Position numbers and translations under genes: made by a program. Positions 56,435 to 64,000 of a stretch of DNA of 64,000 nt are shown here, one piece after another. Source of the stretch: Candidatus Moranbacteria bacterium GW2011_GWE2_35_2- (lineage in GTDB: Bacteria; Patescibacteriota; Minisyncoccia; Moranbacterales; UBA9337); assembly GCA_000990585.1 (NCBI GenBank), contig LBQD01000001.1, positions 141,501 to 205,500 on the forward strand, read 5' to 3'. The notes beneath the pieces are model-generated. The model saw nothing but the letters and a program-made list of their open reading frames with translations. It made no database searches and was not told the origin of the DNA. Numbering within the stretch: the stretch's first letter is position 1; each line of letters opens with the position of its first letter.

Positions 56435-57172
56435 TTACACATTGGGAAGCCAGCGTGAGCTGAAAAGAATAAATCCTATCAGAAAACCAAACAAAACCAT
56501 ATTGGCGACAACTCTTTTTTTTGAAAGCAAATTCAAAAAATAACTTTGCACCATATCCCATATAATATAATAAAACATCAGCAGAATTGCGCCAGTAGTA
56601 AGATAACCAAACGGCCAAAAATTCACCACCCACGAGATTTCCGCCATAATCAATCCCATAATTATACTGTATCTCCACACAGCTAACTTTTCCGAATTTA
56701 TTATTTTCAAATACTGATAACTTACCAAAAAAGTAACTACCAAAAAAACCATCATTAATATCCAAAGAGAAATGGCAAAATTCAAATACACTCCATAGGT
56801 TGATGTATAGAAAAAAAAGAGTGTAGTCATCAAAGAGGCTGCCATCAATCCTTTGGCGGTCTGGTCCATTTTATAACGTTTAAGACGGCATTCACTCAGG
56901 AATGTTATATATTGCATAAAAGAACTCGCTACAATAAATATTTGCTTTTCAATCCCCGTATCAATCAAATATAAAAGTAAAACTGATGAAACTGAAAAAA
57001 CCACCGGAATAATTGAAAAATAATTCTTGCAAGAAATTCTTCTGTTCGCCCAAAAGGCGACAAATGGCAATAGAAACAAAGCATAAAAAAACATCCTCGG
57101 ATAAAAGGCAACTAGCTCCATTCCCGCAAAAAATATCAACGAGAAAAAAAATGACGCAAAATGAAAAAACAC
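56435..57172 (-). CDS. Hypothetical polytopic membrane protein
   Basis: About 7 hydrophobic helices. No motif. Confidence 0.35.
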   Translation of the reverse strand: MFFHFASFFFSLIFFAGMELVAFYPRMFFYALFLLPFVAFWANRRISCKNYFSIIPVVFSVSSVLLLYLIDTGIEKQIFIVASSFMQYITFLSECRLKRYKMDQTAKGLMAASLMTTLFFFYTSTYGVYLNFAISLWILMMVFLVVTFLVSYQYLKIINSEKLAVWRYSIIMGLIMAEISWVVNFWPFGYLTTGAILLMFYYIIWDMVQSYFLNLLSKKRVVANMVLFGFLIGFILFSSRWLPNV

Positions 57173-57226
57173 AAAATTTAGAAATTAAAACTTATCTGTT
57201 TTCTATTAACCGAAAAACTTTCCGTA

Positions 57227-59839
57227 TTACCGCAAAACTATCTTTCCCTTTGAAAGTACCGCATTCACCATATCTCCTTCTCTTATTCTACCCTCAATTA
57301 TCCGAAGCGCCAACTCATCCAAAATTTCCAACTGAATAACTCTTTTTAATGGCCTGGCTCCATATGACGGATCATATCCTTTTTCAGTAAGATATTTTTC
57401 TACTTTATTTTCTATTTTCAAATGAATTCCTTTTTTGCTTAGTCGCTGGCGCACTATTTCAAGTTGCAATTGCACTATTTTTTCCAATGTTTTTTTTCCG
57501 AGCGGATGAAATATTATTATATCATCCAAACGATTCAAAAATTCAGGTTTGAAATTTCTTCGCAAACTCTCCATTATTTTTTCCCGTATTTCTTTTTCGT
57601 TTATAGAACTCCCGTCTCGCTTGTGACGAAAACCAACCTCATGCATTTTATAAATCAAATCAGATCCAATATTTGATGTCATTATTATCACCGCGTTCTT
57701 GAAATTAACAACTCTTCCTTTTGCATCCGTGAGCCTCCCATCATCAAGAAGCTGTAAAAGAATATTGAACACTTGTGGATGCGCTTTTTCTATTTCATCA
57801 AACAAAATCACACTGAACGGTCTGCGCCTAACTATTTCCGTAAGTTGCCCGCCTTCTTCATATCCGACATATCCCGGCGGCGAACCGATAATTTTTGCGG
57901 TTGAATGCGGTTCCATATATTCACTCATATCCAAACGTACCATTGCTCTTTCATCATTAAAAAGCAATTCCGTAAGTGCTTTTGCTAACTCCGTTTTTCC
58001 AACTCCAGTAGGACCAAGAAAAATAAATGAACCGATCGGTCTGTTTTCTTCGGAAATCCCCGCTCGCGATCTTCGAATTGCATTTGCTACCGATTTTATC
58101 GCCTCTTCTTGTCCAATAACTCTTTTTCCGATTTCACCTTCCGCATTCGCCAATTTTTTTATCTCTCCTTGTAACATTTTTGAAACAGGAATATTGGTCC
58201 AGCGCGAAACTACTTTCGCGATATCTTCTTCCACAACTTCTTCTTTTAGTATTCCTTCGTTTTTTTGAATTTTATTCAATTTTACACTTTCCCGTTTTAT
58301 TTTTTTCTCCAATTCCGGAATTTTTCCATATCGAATTTCAGCCACCTTCTCAAGTTTTCCTTGACGCTCCAAAACATCTGCCTCCGATTTTAGCTGATCA
58401 ATTTCCTTTTTCCCTTTTCTTATTGTCATAATCAAATCCTTTTCCGATTTCCATTGGAGACTTATTTTTTGAAATTTCTCTTTAAGATTGGCTATTTCTT
58501 TAGATATTTCATTTATTTTTTTCTTAGTCTTACTATTTTTTTCTCTTTCCAGCGCTTTTTTCTCAATTTCCATACGACGAATATTTCTTTCCATCTGATC
58601 AATTTCCGCCGGCATTGAATCAATTTCTATCTTCAGTGAAGATGCCGCTTCATCAATCAAATCAACTGCTTTGTCTGGCAAAAATCTGTCACTAATATAG
58701 CGCGAGGAAAGGTTAACTGCTGCCAAAATAGCTTCGTCGGTAATTTTTACGCCATGATGAATTTCATATTTCTCTTTGATGCCACGCAAAATTGCTACCG
58801 CATCCTGAATTGAAGGCTCAGAAACCAAAACCGGCTGAAATCTTCTTTCGAGCGCCGCATCTTTTTCAATATATTTTTGATATTCTCTGATTGTAGTCGC
58901 GCCGATTGTTTTCATTTTCCCTCGCGCCAAAGCGGGCTTTAACATATTAGAAGCATCCAACGCTCCCTCACTTGCTCCCGCTCCAACCAAAGTATGAAGT
59001 TCATCTATAAAAACAATATGTTTTCCCGCTGATCTTTCAATTTCTTTTAAAATTGCTTTGAGCCTGTCTTCAAATTCTCCTCTAAACTTGGCACCTGCCA
59101 AAAGAGCACCTAAATCCAAACTCACAATTTCCTTATCGCGGAGATTTTCCGGAACATCTCCAGAAACAATTCTCTGCGCGAGACCTTCAATAATTGCTGT
59201 TTTTCCTGTTCCCGCTTCTCCGATTAAAACAGGATTATTTTTTGTTCTTCGGCTTAAAACTTGCACGACGCGACGAATTTCTGCGTCTCTTCCAATTACC
59301 GGATCCAGCTTTTCATTTCTTGCCAATTGTGTCAAATTAATTGTATATTTTTCCAATGACTGGAATTTACCTTCCGGTTCCGGACTATCCACCCTCTGAT
59401 TTCCGCGAATTTCCGAAAGAATTTTTAATACTTTATCATAATTTATTCCTCTTTTTTCTAGGATTTTTCTTGCTATATTTTGCACAGACAACACTGCTAA
59501 AAAAAGATGCTCGGTGGAAATAAAATCATCTTTCATCATTTCCATTTCCTTTCCAGCCTGTTCTATGATTCTAGTCAGATCTTGACTCACATAAATTTGT
59601 CCGACTGCACCTGCCGAACTCTTTGGCATTTTTTCTATTTCACTCGCAAGCTCTCCGACAATATCATCAATATTAATTTCCATTTTGCGCAAAACAACCG
59701 AAACGATAGAATCACTTTGAACAATCAGTGTAGAAAGTAAGTGAAAAACATCAACTTGCATTTGATTATAGGATAAGGCTTTTTCCTGCGCCGCGCGCAA
59801 CGCTTCTTGACTTTTATTTGTGAGCTTATTTATATCCAT
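57227..59839 (-). CDS. clpB: ATP-dependent chaperone ClpB
   Basis: Clp N domain. Two AAA+ modules ([10 protein letters not shown] and [14 protein letters not shown]). A long middle coiled-coil. Signature [12 protein letters not shown]. Confidence 0.95.
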   Translation of the reverse strand: MDINKLTNKSQEALRAAQEKALSYNQMQVDVFHLLSTLIVQSDSIVSVVLRKMEINIDDIVGELASEIEKMPKSSAGAVGQIYVSQDLTRIIEQAGKEMEMMKDDFISTEHLFLAVLSVQNIARKILEKRGINYDKVLKILSEIRGNQRVDSPEPEGKFQSLEKYTINLTQLARNEKLDPVIGRDAEIRRVVQVLSRRTKNNPVLIGEAGTGKTAIIEGLAQRIVSGDVPENLRDKEIVSLDLGALLAGAKFRGEFEDRLKAILKEIERSAGKHIVFIDELHTLVGAGASEGALDASNMLKPALARGKMKTIGATTIREYQKYIEKDAALERRFQPVLVSEPSIQDAVAILRGIKEKYEIHHGVKITDEAILAAVNLSSRYISDRFLPDKAVDLIDEAASSLKIEIDSMPAEIDQMERNIRRMEIEKKALEREKNSKTKKKINEISKEIANLKEKFQKISLQWKSEKDLIMTIRKGKKEIDQLKSEADVLERQGKLEKVAEIRYGKIPELEKKIKRESVKLNKIQKNEGILKEEVVEEDIAKVVSRWTNIPVSKMLQGEIKKLANAEGEIGKRVIGQEEAIKSVANAIRRSRAGISEENRPIGSFIFLGPTGVGKTELAKALTELLFNDERAMVRLDMSEYMEPHSTAKIIGSPPGYVGYEEGGQLTEIVRRRPFSVILFDEIEKAHPQVFNILLQLLDDGRLTDAKGRVVNFKNAVIIMTSNIGSDLIYKMHEVGFRHKRDGSSINEKEIREKIMESLRRNFKPEFLNRLDDIIIFHPLGKKTLEKIVQLQLEIVRQRLSKKGIHLKIENKVEKYLTEKGYDPSYGARPLKRVIQLEILDELALRIIEGRIREGDMVNAVLSKGKIVLR

Positions 59840-59843
59840 AATA

Positions 59844-61169
59844 TTATTTCCTTTCTTCTAATTTAATTTGGACTTCTTTTATTTCGCCTTTGTGCCAAAA
59901 TTTTACTGCAATATTTTCTCCTACTTCATGTTGAGAAACCAAATCAGAAAGAGTCTTTTTCTCGGTTATTTTTTCTTCTGCTATTTCCAAAATTATATCA
60001 TTCTCTACAATCCCCGCTTTGTCTGCCGGAGAAGCCGGTGTTACTGCTAAATCTGTGATTTTTTCTCCACGAACCACTAAAGCGCCGTAGTCAAAAGGCA
60101 AATTATTTTCTTTTTGTATTTCTCCATTAATAATCGCGTATCTTACCCCAATAAAAGGCACAGAAATTTTTCCATTTTCATTGATTTGATCCAAGGTTTT
60201 TTTCACGACATTTACAGGGAGAGCAAATCCGATATTTTCCGCTCCTTGCGCCACTGCCACATTAACTCCGATAACATCTCCGTTTATATCCAAAAGTGGT
60301 CCGCCAGAATTGCCGGGATTTATCGCCGCGTCAGTTTGTATTATTCCCATAAGTTTTTCAGAATCTCCCATTCCCGAACCGGCAACAATATCTCTCTTTA
60401 ATCCAGAAATTATTCCCAAACTCACACTATTGGAAAATTCTCCAAGCGGATTTCCGATAGCAATCACGGATTGTCCTACTTTCAAATTATCCGAATCTCC
60501 CAAATCAATAGCGGAAAAATTATTTCCTTCTATTTTTAATAAAGCGATATCCATAGTCGGATGCCTCGCAATAATAGTTGCTTTATGTTCTTGGCTGTCA
60601 CTTGTGATAACAGTATATTCCGCATTTTCGTCACTAACTACATGCTTATTTGTCACGACAATTCCATCCATCGAAACAATAAAACCGGATCCGCCACCAA
60701 TTTCCATTTTTTCCGTAGACCCACTATTACTACTATTATCATCAAATGGAGAAAAAAACGGCCTGAACCCAAATGGGTCATCAAAGAAACTTCGAAATTT
60801 TGGAACATCTTTAGAAACTATAATACTCACAACGCTAACATTAGCCTTCTCTACGGCATTTACCACAGAAGATTCCTTATCTGAAATAGAAATAGTTTCG
60901 GACTTAATCCCTTTTATTTCTTCTTTCTTATTAAAATATTTTGCTGTCAACCCTCCAGATAAAAATCCGAACAGCGCACCAAAAAACGAAGAAAAAAATA
61001 TTAACAAAATAACCGCAAAAAATATCTTTTTCTTTGTTCCCGTGCAACATTCCAGTTCGTCTTGAATATTTTGCATCTTTTTGTCTTCCGGTTTATCTAT
61101 ATCAACAATACTATTAAACATATTTTCAATATTTTCTTTTTTTATTTTTTCTTTTTTCATATAAAACAA
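59844..61169 (-). CDS. htrA: Serine protease HtrA/DegP (S1C) with a PDZ domain and a long low-complexity N-terminal linker
   Basis: Catalytic motifs TNKHVV, DIALLK and [10 protein letters not shown]-terminal PDZ. Confidence 0.85.
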   Translation of the reverse strand: MFYMKKEKIKKENIENMFNSIVDIDKPEDKKMQNIQDELECCTGTKKKIFFAVILLIFFSSFFGALFGFLSGGLTAKYFNKKEEIKGIKSETISISDKESSVVNAVEKANVSVVSIIVSKDVPKFRSFFDDPFGFRPFFSPFDDNSSNSGSTEKMEIGGGSGFIVSMDGIVVTNKHVVSDENAEYTVITSDSQEHKATIIARHPTMDIALLKIEGNNFSAIDLGDSDNLKVGQSVIAIGNPLGEFSNSVSLGIISGLKRDIVAGSGMGDSEKLMGIIQTDAAINPGNSGGPLLDINGDVIGVNVAVAQGAENIGFALPVNVVKKTLDQINENGKISVPFIGVRYAIINGEIQKENNLPFDYGALVVRGEKITDLAVTPASPADKAGIVENDIILEIAEEKITEKKTLSDLVSQHEVGENIAVKFWHKGEIKEVQIKLEERK

Positions 61170-61213
61170 AACATAAAATTAAAAAATAATTATGTCCATA
61201 AAAGGAACCAGGA

Positions 61214-61232
61214 GAGAGGCGCAAAAAGCGCC
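61214..61232 (-). terminator. Probable terminator hairpin downstream of the ferredoxin gene
   Basis: GAGGCGC-AAAAA-GCGCCTC: a 7-bp GC stem. The T-run is weak. Confidence 0.35.
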
Positions 61233-61257
61233 TCCTCAATTAATACAAAATTTTTTC

Positions 61258-61440
61258 TTATTCTTCGACTGAAATAGCATTTACCGGACAACTTTCCGTT
61301 GCTTCTTGACAATTACAATCTTCACAATTTTCCGAAATAACATGAGATTTTCCATCCTCAATCTTAAACACATTCGGGCAAAGAGCTTCACACGTTCCAC
61401 ACCCGATACAAAGATCCTCACTAACTATTGGCTTTGACAT
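61258..61440 (-). CDS. 2x[4Fe-4S] ferredoxin
   Basis: CIGCGTCEALCP and CEDCNCQEATESCP: two CxxCxxCxxxCP motifs in 60 aa. Confidence 0.8.
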   Translation of the reverse strand: MSKPIVSEDLCIGCGTCEALCPNVFKIEDGKSHVISENCEDCNCQEATESCPVNAISVEE

Positions 61441-61487
61441 ATTTTTTATTTAATTTAATTATTATTTTTTTAAATACCATCACATTA

Positions 61488-62552
61488 TTACAAAATAAAA
61501 CTATCTTCATTTTGTTCAAATTCACGCAAATCACTATCTGAAAATTCAACTGATCCGGAAGATAAATCCCAAAAATATCCATCAATAAAAATCCAAACTT
61601 TTCTTTTTTTCATTTCTTCATTTAACCAATCATTCAAATTAGTTTTAGGGCGAAAGATTTGCCTCACTCTAATTAGCTCTTTGTCATTTTCAATCTTCTT
61701 TTCCTCCACTTCTATGATATGATAGCCTAATTCACTTTCTATTACGCCGCTTCTACCCCCTTCTTTCAATGAAAAAGATGTCTCCGCCAATTCATCCAAA
61801 ATTTGCTCTCGCGAAAACCACCCCAATTCTCCGCCCTGCTCAGCTGTTTCTCCTTGTGAAAATTCCTTTACTATGGAAACAAAATCCCCTCCATTAGACA
61901 ATTTTTCCCAAGCTTGTTGCATCCTATCTTTTTGTTTATCATTTTCTTTTTGATTATATTCCTTTTGAATAATTTTTTCCATCTCATCGCGATACAAACT
62001 TGGACGGACAATCTTCTTTTTAAAATCTTCCATACTCCATCCGTATAATTTTTCCAAATTGTTTTTTATTTTTTCTTCATTTCCAAACTCTTCAATTTTT
62101 CTGGAAACGTTCTGATCAACATCCTCTTTTGAAATTATTATTTTATTTTCTTCTGCCACTAATTCAATAACTTTATCTGCTATCAATTTATTCAAAATAT
62201 CTTTTTCTTTTATTTTTAAACGCTTTTTTCCGTCTTCCGTAGAGAAATCAACACGCAAACCTTCCTTGGAAAAATCCTGATTTTCATAAAAATTTTTAAC
62301 CGATTGCAAATCTTCATTAAGATTTGACAAACTTATAAAATGATAATAATCCACTGCTACAGCGGGAAAATGAATATAAGCAACTATTTTTTTCGCAAAA
62401 CTATTTTCATAATTTCGATAAATAAAAAAACTTAACAAAACAAAAATAAACAGAATAAAAACGCCGAAAGACATGGCTGCCGTCCACCAGCTCACTTTTT
62501 TTTCCTTTTTTTCCTTCCCATTCCTGCTCATTAATTTTTTATAAATTACCAA
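61488..62552 (-). CDS. Parvulin-type peptidyl-prolyl isomerase (PrsA/SurA-like), membrane-anchored
   Basis: N-terminal TM. PpiC core GGELGWFSREQILDELAETSFSLKEGGRSGVIESELGYHII. Confidence 0.75.
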   Translation of the reverse strand: MVIYKKLMSRNGKEKKEKKVSWWTAAMSFGVFILFIFVLLSFFIYRNYENSFAKKIVAYIHFPAVAVDYYHFISLSNLNEDLQSVKNFYENQDFSKEGLRVDFSTEDGKKRLKIKEKDILNKLIADKVIELVAEENKIIISKEDVDQNVSRKIEEFGNEEKIKNNLEKLYGWSMEDFKKKIVRPSLYRDEMEKIIQKEYNQKENDKQKDRMQQAWEKLSNGGDFVSIVKEFSQGETAEQGGELGWFSREQILDELAETSFSLKEGGRSGVIESELGYHIIEVEEKKIENDKELIRVRQIFRPKTNLNDWLNEEMKKRKVWIFIDGYFWDLSSGSVEFSDSDLREFEQNEDSFIL

Positions 62553-62976
62553 AAAAATAACTAAACCATTTTTTATAATTTGCTTCTTTATTTTCCGTTT
62601 TCATTTTCAGATCTTCTTTGTTATCATTATTATTCTCGACATCATCAATTATTGCGGAAACGCTTTGTTTTACGGAAACAATTTGTTCATCCTGTTTTTG
62701 CATATTTAATCTCTCCTTAGCAATCCTTTCCTTGTACGCTTCAGTTTTAAAATATTCAATTTTTTCACTCAAATGAGCATTATTTTCTTTTAACTGCTCT
62801 GCTTGCTTGCTTAATTTTTCTATTTCCTTGTTTATTTTTTGATTTCTATTATATTCATTGAATGAAGGAATAAATAATAAAACAATCAACGCTAAAACAC
62901 CTACAAATATTCCAGTGGAAAAAATTAAATTTGTTCTACTCATCTCAATTGATTTAATATAAAAACAATGGAGCAA
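62539..62976 (-). CDS. Septum formation initiator family protein (FtsB/DivIC-like)
   Basis: One TM, then a coiled-coil (LSKQAEQLKENNAHLSEKIEYFKTEAYKERIAKE). Confidence 0.5.
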   Translation of the reverse strand: MLHCFYIKSIEMSRTNLIFSTGIFVGVLALIVLLFIPSFNEYNRNQKINKEIEKLSKQAEQLKENNAHLSEKIEYFKTEAYKERIAKERLNMQKQDEQIVSVKQSVSAIIDDVENNNDNKEDLKMKTENKEANYKKWFSYFFGNL

Positions 62977-63118
62977 TCAAAAAAACAATCATAGCAACAA
63001 CTGCAAGAAGCGAAATACCTACCCAGATTATTTTGATTTTTTTTCGAAACCTTTTATCATGCATACAATAATCTTAACAAATTTTTTAAAAAAATAAAAT
63101 ACCTCGAAATATCCGGTA

Positions 63119-64000
63119 TTAATTTTCTGAAAATTCCAAATTTAAGTCTTTTTTAAGAATTCCCTCATAATCAAACTCTCCTTTGCTATTTTTCATATGA
63201 ACTTTTATCGGAACATCTCCCACTCCTGACTGCTTTTGAATAAGTAGGCGATACTCCTTTTCCTTAAATTCAGATGGAAGTTCGTATTTTATATATGCTT
63301 CCGTTTGTCCATTGATAAGAACATGGCAGATAAATCCAAAATAAGTTTTTCCAAAATCCTCATCAATCAATGGATAGCTAACCATTTTACGATCAATGAG
63401 TGTTGACCCTTTGGGAACATATACACGCAAATATGAATGATAATCACTAGTTCTCCAATCACCATAAGTGGCATTATGTTTATATAAAATTTTCAACTCG
63501 ACAGTTGGCTTTTCAGTTGTCAAATCAATATTATACGAAACACTGCGATCAATAAAATAATCGGATTTTAACGCTCCCATATTCGCATCCACCATCATCA
63601 AATAATCATCGTTCCAATCCTGAGCAACTTTACCATCCCAATGAACTTTTTCTATGGATGCTTGTAATTGGGCATCATTGAAATTAAACATAACATTTTT
63701 ATTGCGAAGCTCTTCTAAGACAAACTCTGAAATTTTTGGAATATTATTGATATGCGCTAATTTTTCAATAATCACATTTGCCATAATTTTCATTATCGCT
63801 TTTCTATTGGTTGTATCGATATTTGGATTTTCAATGTAAGCTTTTTCCACAACTTCTTCCAGCTTCAAAACAGCATTCTCGCTAGTAAACTCCGTAGCGT
63901 AACCAGGAACAGTGATTGGTCCGGTTAATTTTAAGACATTCGCAAAAACATCCGAATTCACCGCAATAACTCCGTCAAAATTACTATTTCCCCCGCTAAG
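63119..64000 (-). CDS. Hypothetical protein, C-terminal portion. The reading frame continues past the window end.
   Basis: Open frame on the minus strand all the way to position 64000 (…LSGGNSNFDGVIAVNSDVFANVLK…). No recognised motif. Confidence 0.45.
   Translation of the reverse strand, partial: LSGGNSNFDGVIAVNSDVFANVLKLTGPITVPGYATEFTSENAVLKLEEVVEKAYIENPNIDTTNRKAIMKIMANVIIEKLAHINNIPKISEFVLEELRNKNVMFNFNDAQLQASIEKVHWDGKVAQDWNDDYLMMVDANMGALKSDYFIDRSVSYNIDLTTEKPTVELKILYKHNATYGDWRTSDYHSYLRVYVPKGSTLIDRKMVSYPLIDEDFGKTYFGFICHVLINGQTEAYIKYELPSEFKEKEYRLLIQKQSGVGDVPIKVHMKNSKGEFDYEGILKKDLNLEFSEN

Noticed and set aside
60310-61065. 251-aa plus-strand ORF
   Set aside because: It is antisense to the canonical htrA gene. 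The translation is proline- and serine-rich low complexity.
62954-63064. 36-aa minus-strand single-TM ORF upstream of ftsB-like gene
   Set aside because: It overlaps the annotated FtsB-like start. It has no clear RBS and could equally be 5' UTR, so it was not reported as a feature.

Overview
This 64-kb window looks like a Candidate Phyla Radiation / Patescibacteria-type chromosome: AT-rich, small proteins, tightly packed genes. Most of it is housekeeping: secA, secD, secF, the murB-murC-murG-ftsW-trmD-yidD cell-wall cluster, gltX, cysS, tyrS, clpB, two htrA paralogs, tsf, rpsB, rpmE, rpmB, priA, an iscR-iscS-iscU Fe-S cluster operon, rtcB and ligT. There is also a cell-envelope glycosylation block (GT1 and GT-C glycosyltransferases, an LCP protein, an O-antigen ligase-like protein, a Wzx-type flippase and a beta-helix protein). 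RNA genes are two tandem tRNAs with unusual anticodon loops at 11.5 kb and a minus-strand tRNA cluster (Thr-Tyr-Thr, then rpmG, then Trp) at 51.0-51.6 kb. rpmG is below the ORF-track size cutoff and was found by hand.

The less ordinary features are:
- A radical SAM/SPASM enzyme directly preceded by a 40-aa peptide ORF with a strong RBS. A 13-bp-stem hairpin separates the two. The tyrS/rSAM/peptide block is bracketed by two copies of a ~65-bp direct repeat.
- A Cas4/RecB-like Fe-S PD-(D/E)xK nuclease with no CRISPR context, preceded by two adjacent near-perfect palindromes that share an ACGGTCGT core.
- A 9-cysteine small ORF with a good RBS appended to the isc operon.
- An AT-rich single-gene island (16.3-17.4 kb) flanked by 14-bp direct repeats and a perfect 7-bp-arm palindrome.
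- Several short repeat families: a CATTCCCGC hairpin, an AATTTCTAATTTCTAA AT-rich element, and 7-nt tandem repeats. Some copies sit in-frame inside coding sequences.
- SecD carrying an embedded parvulin PPIase domain.
- A catalytically degenerate HtrA paralog.

No CRISPR array, integrase or transposase was seen. All product calls come from motif recognition by eye; no searches were run.
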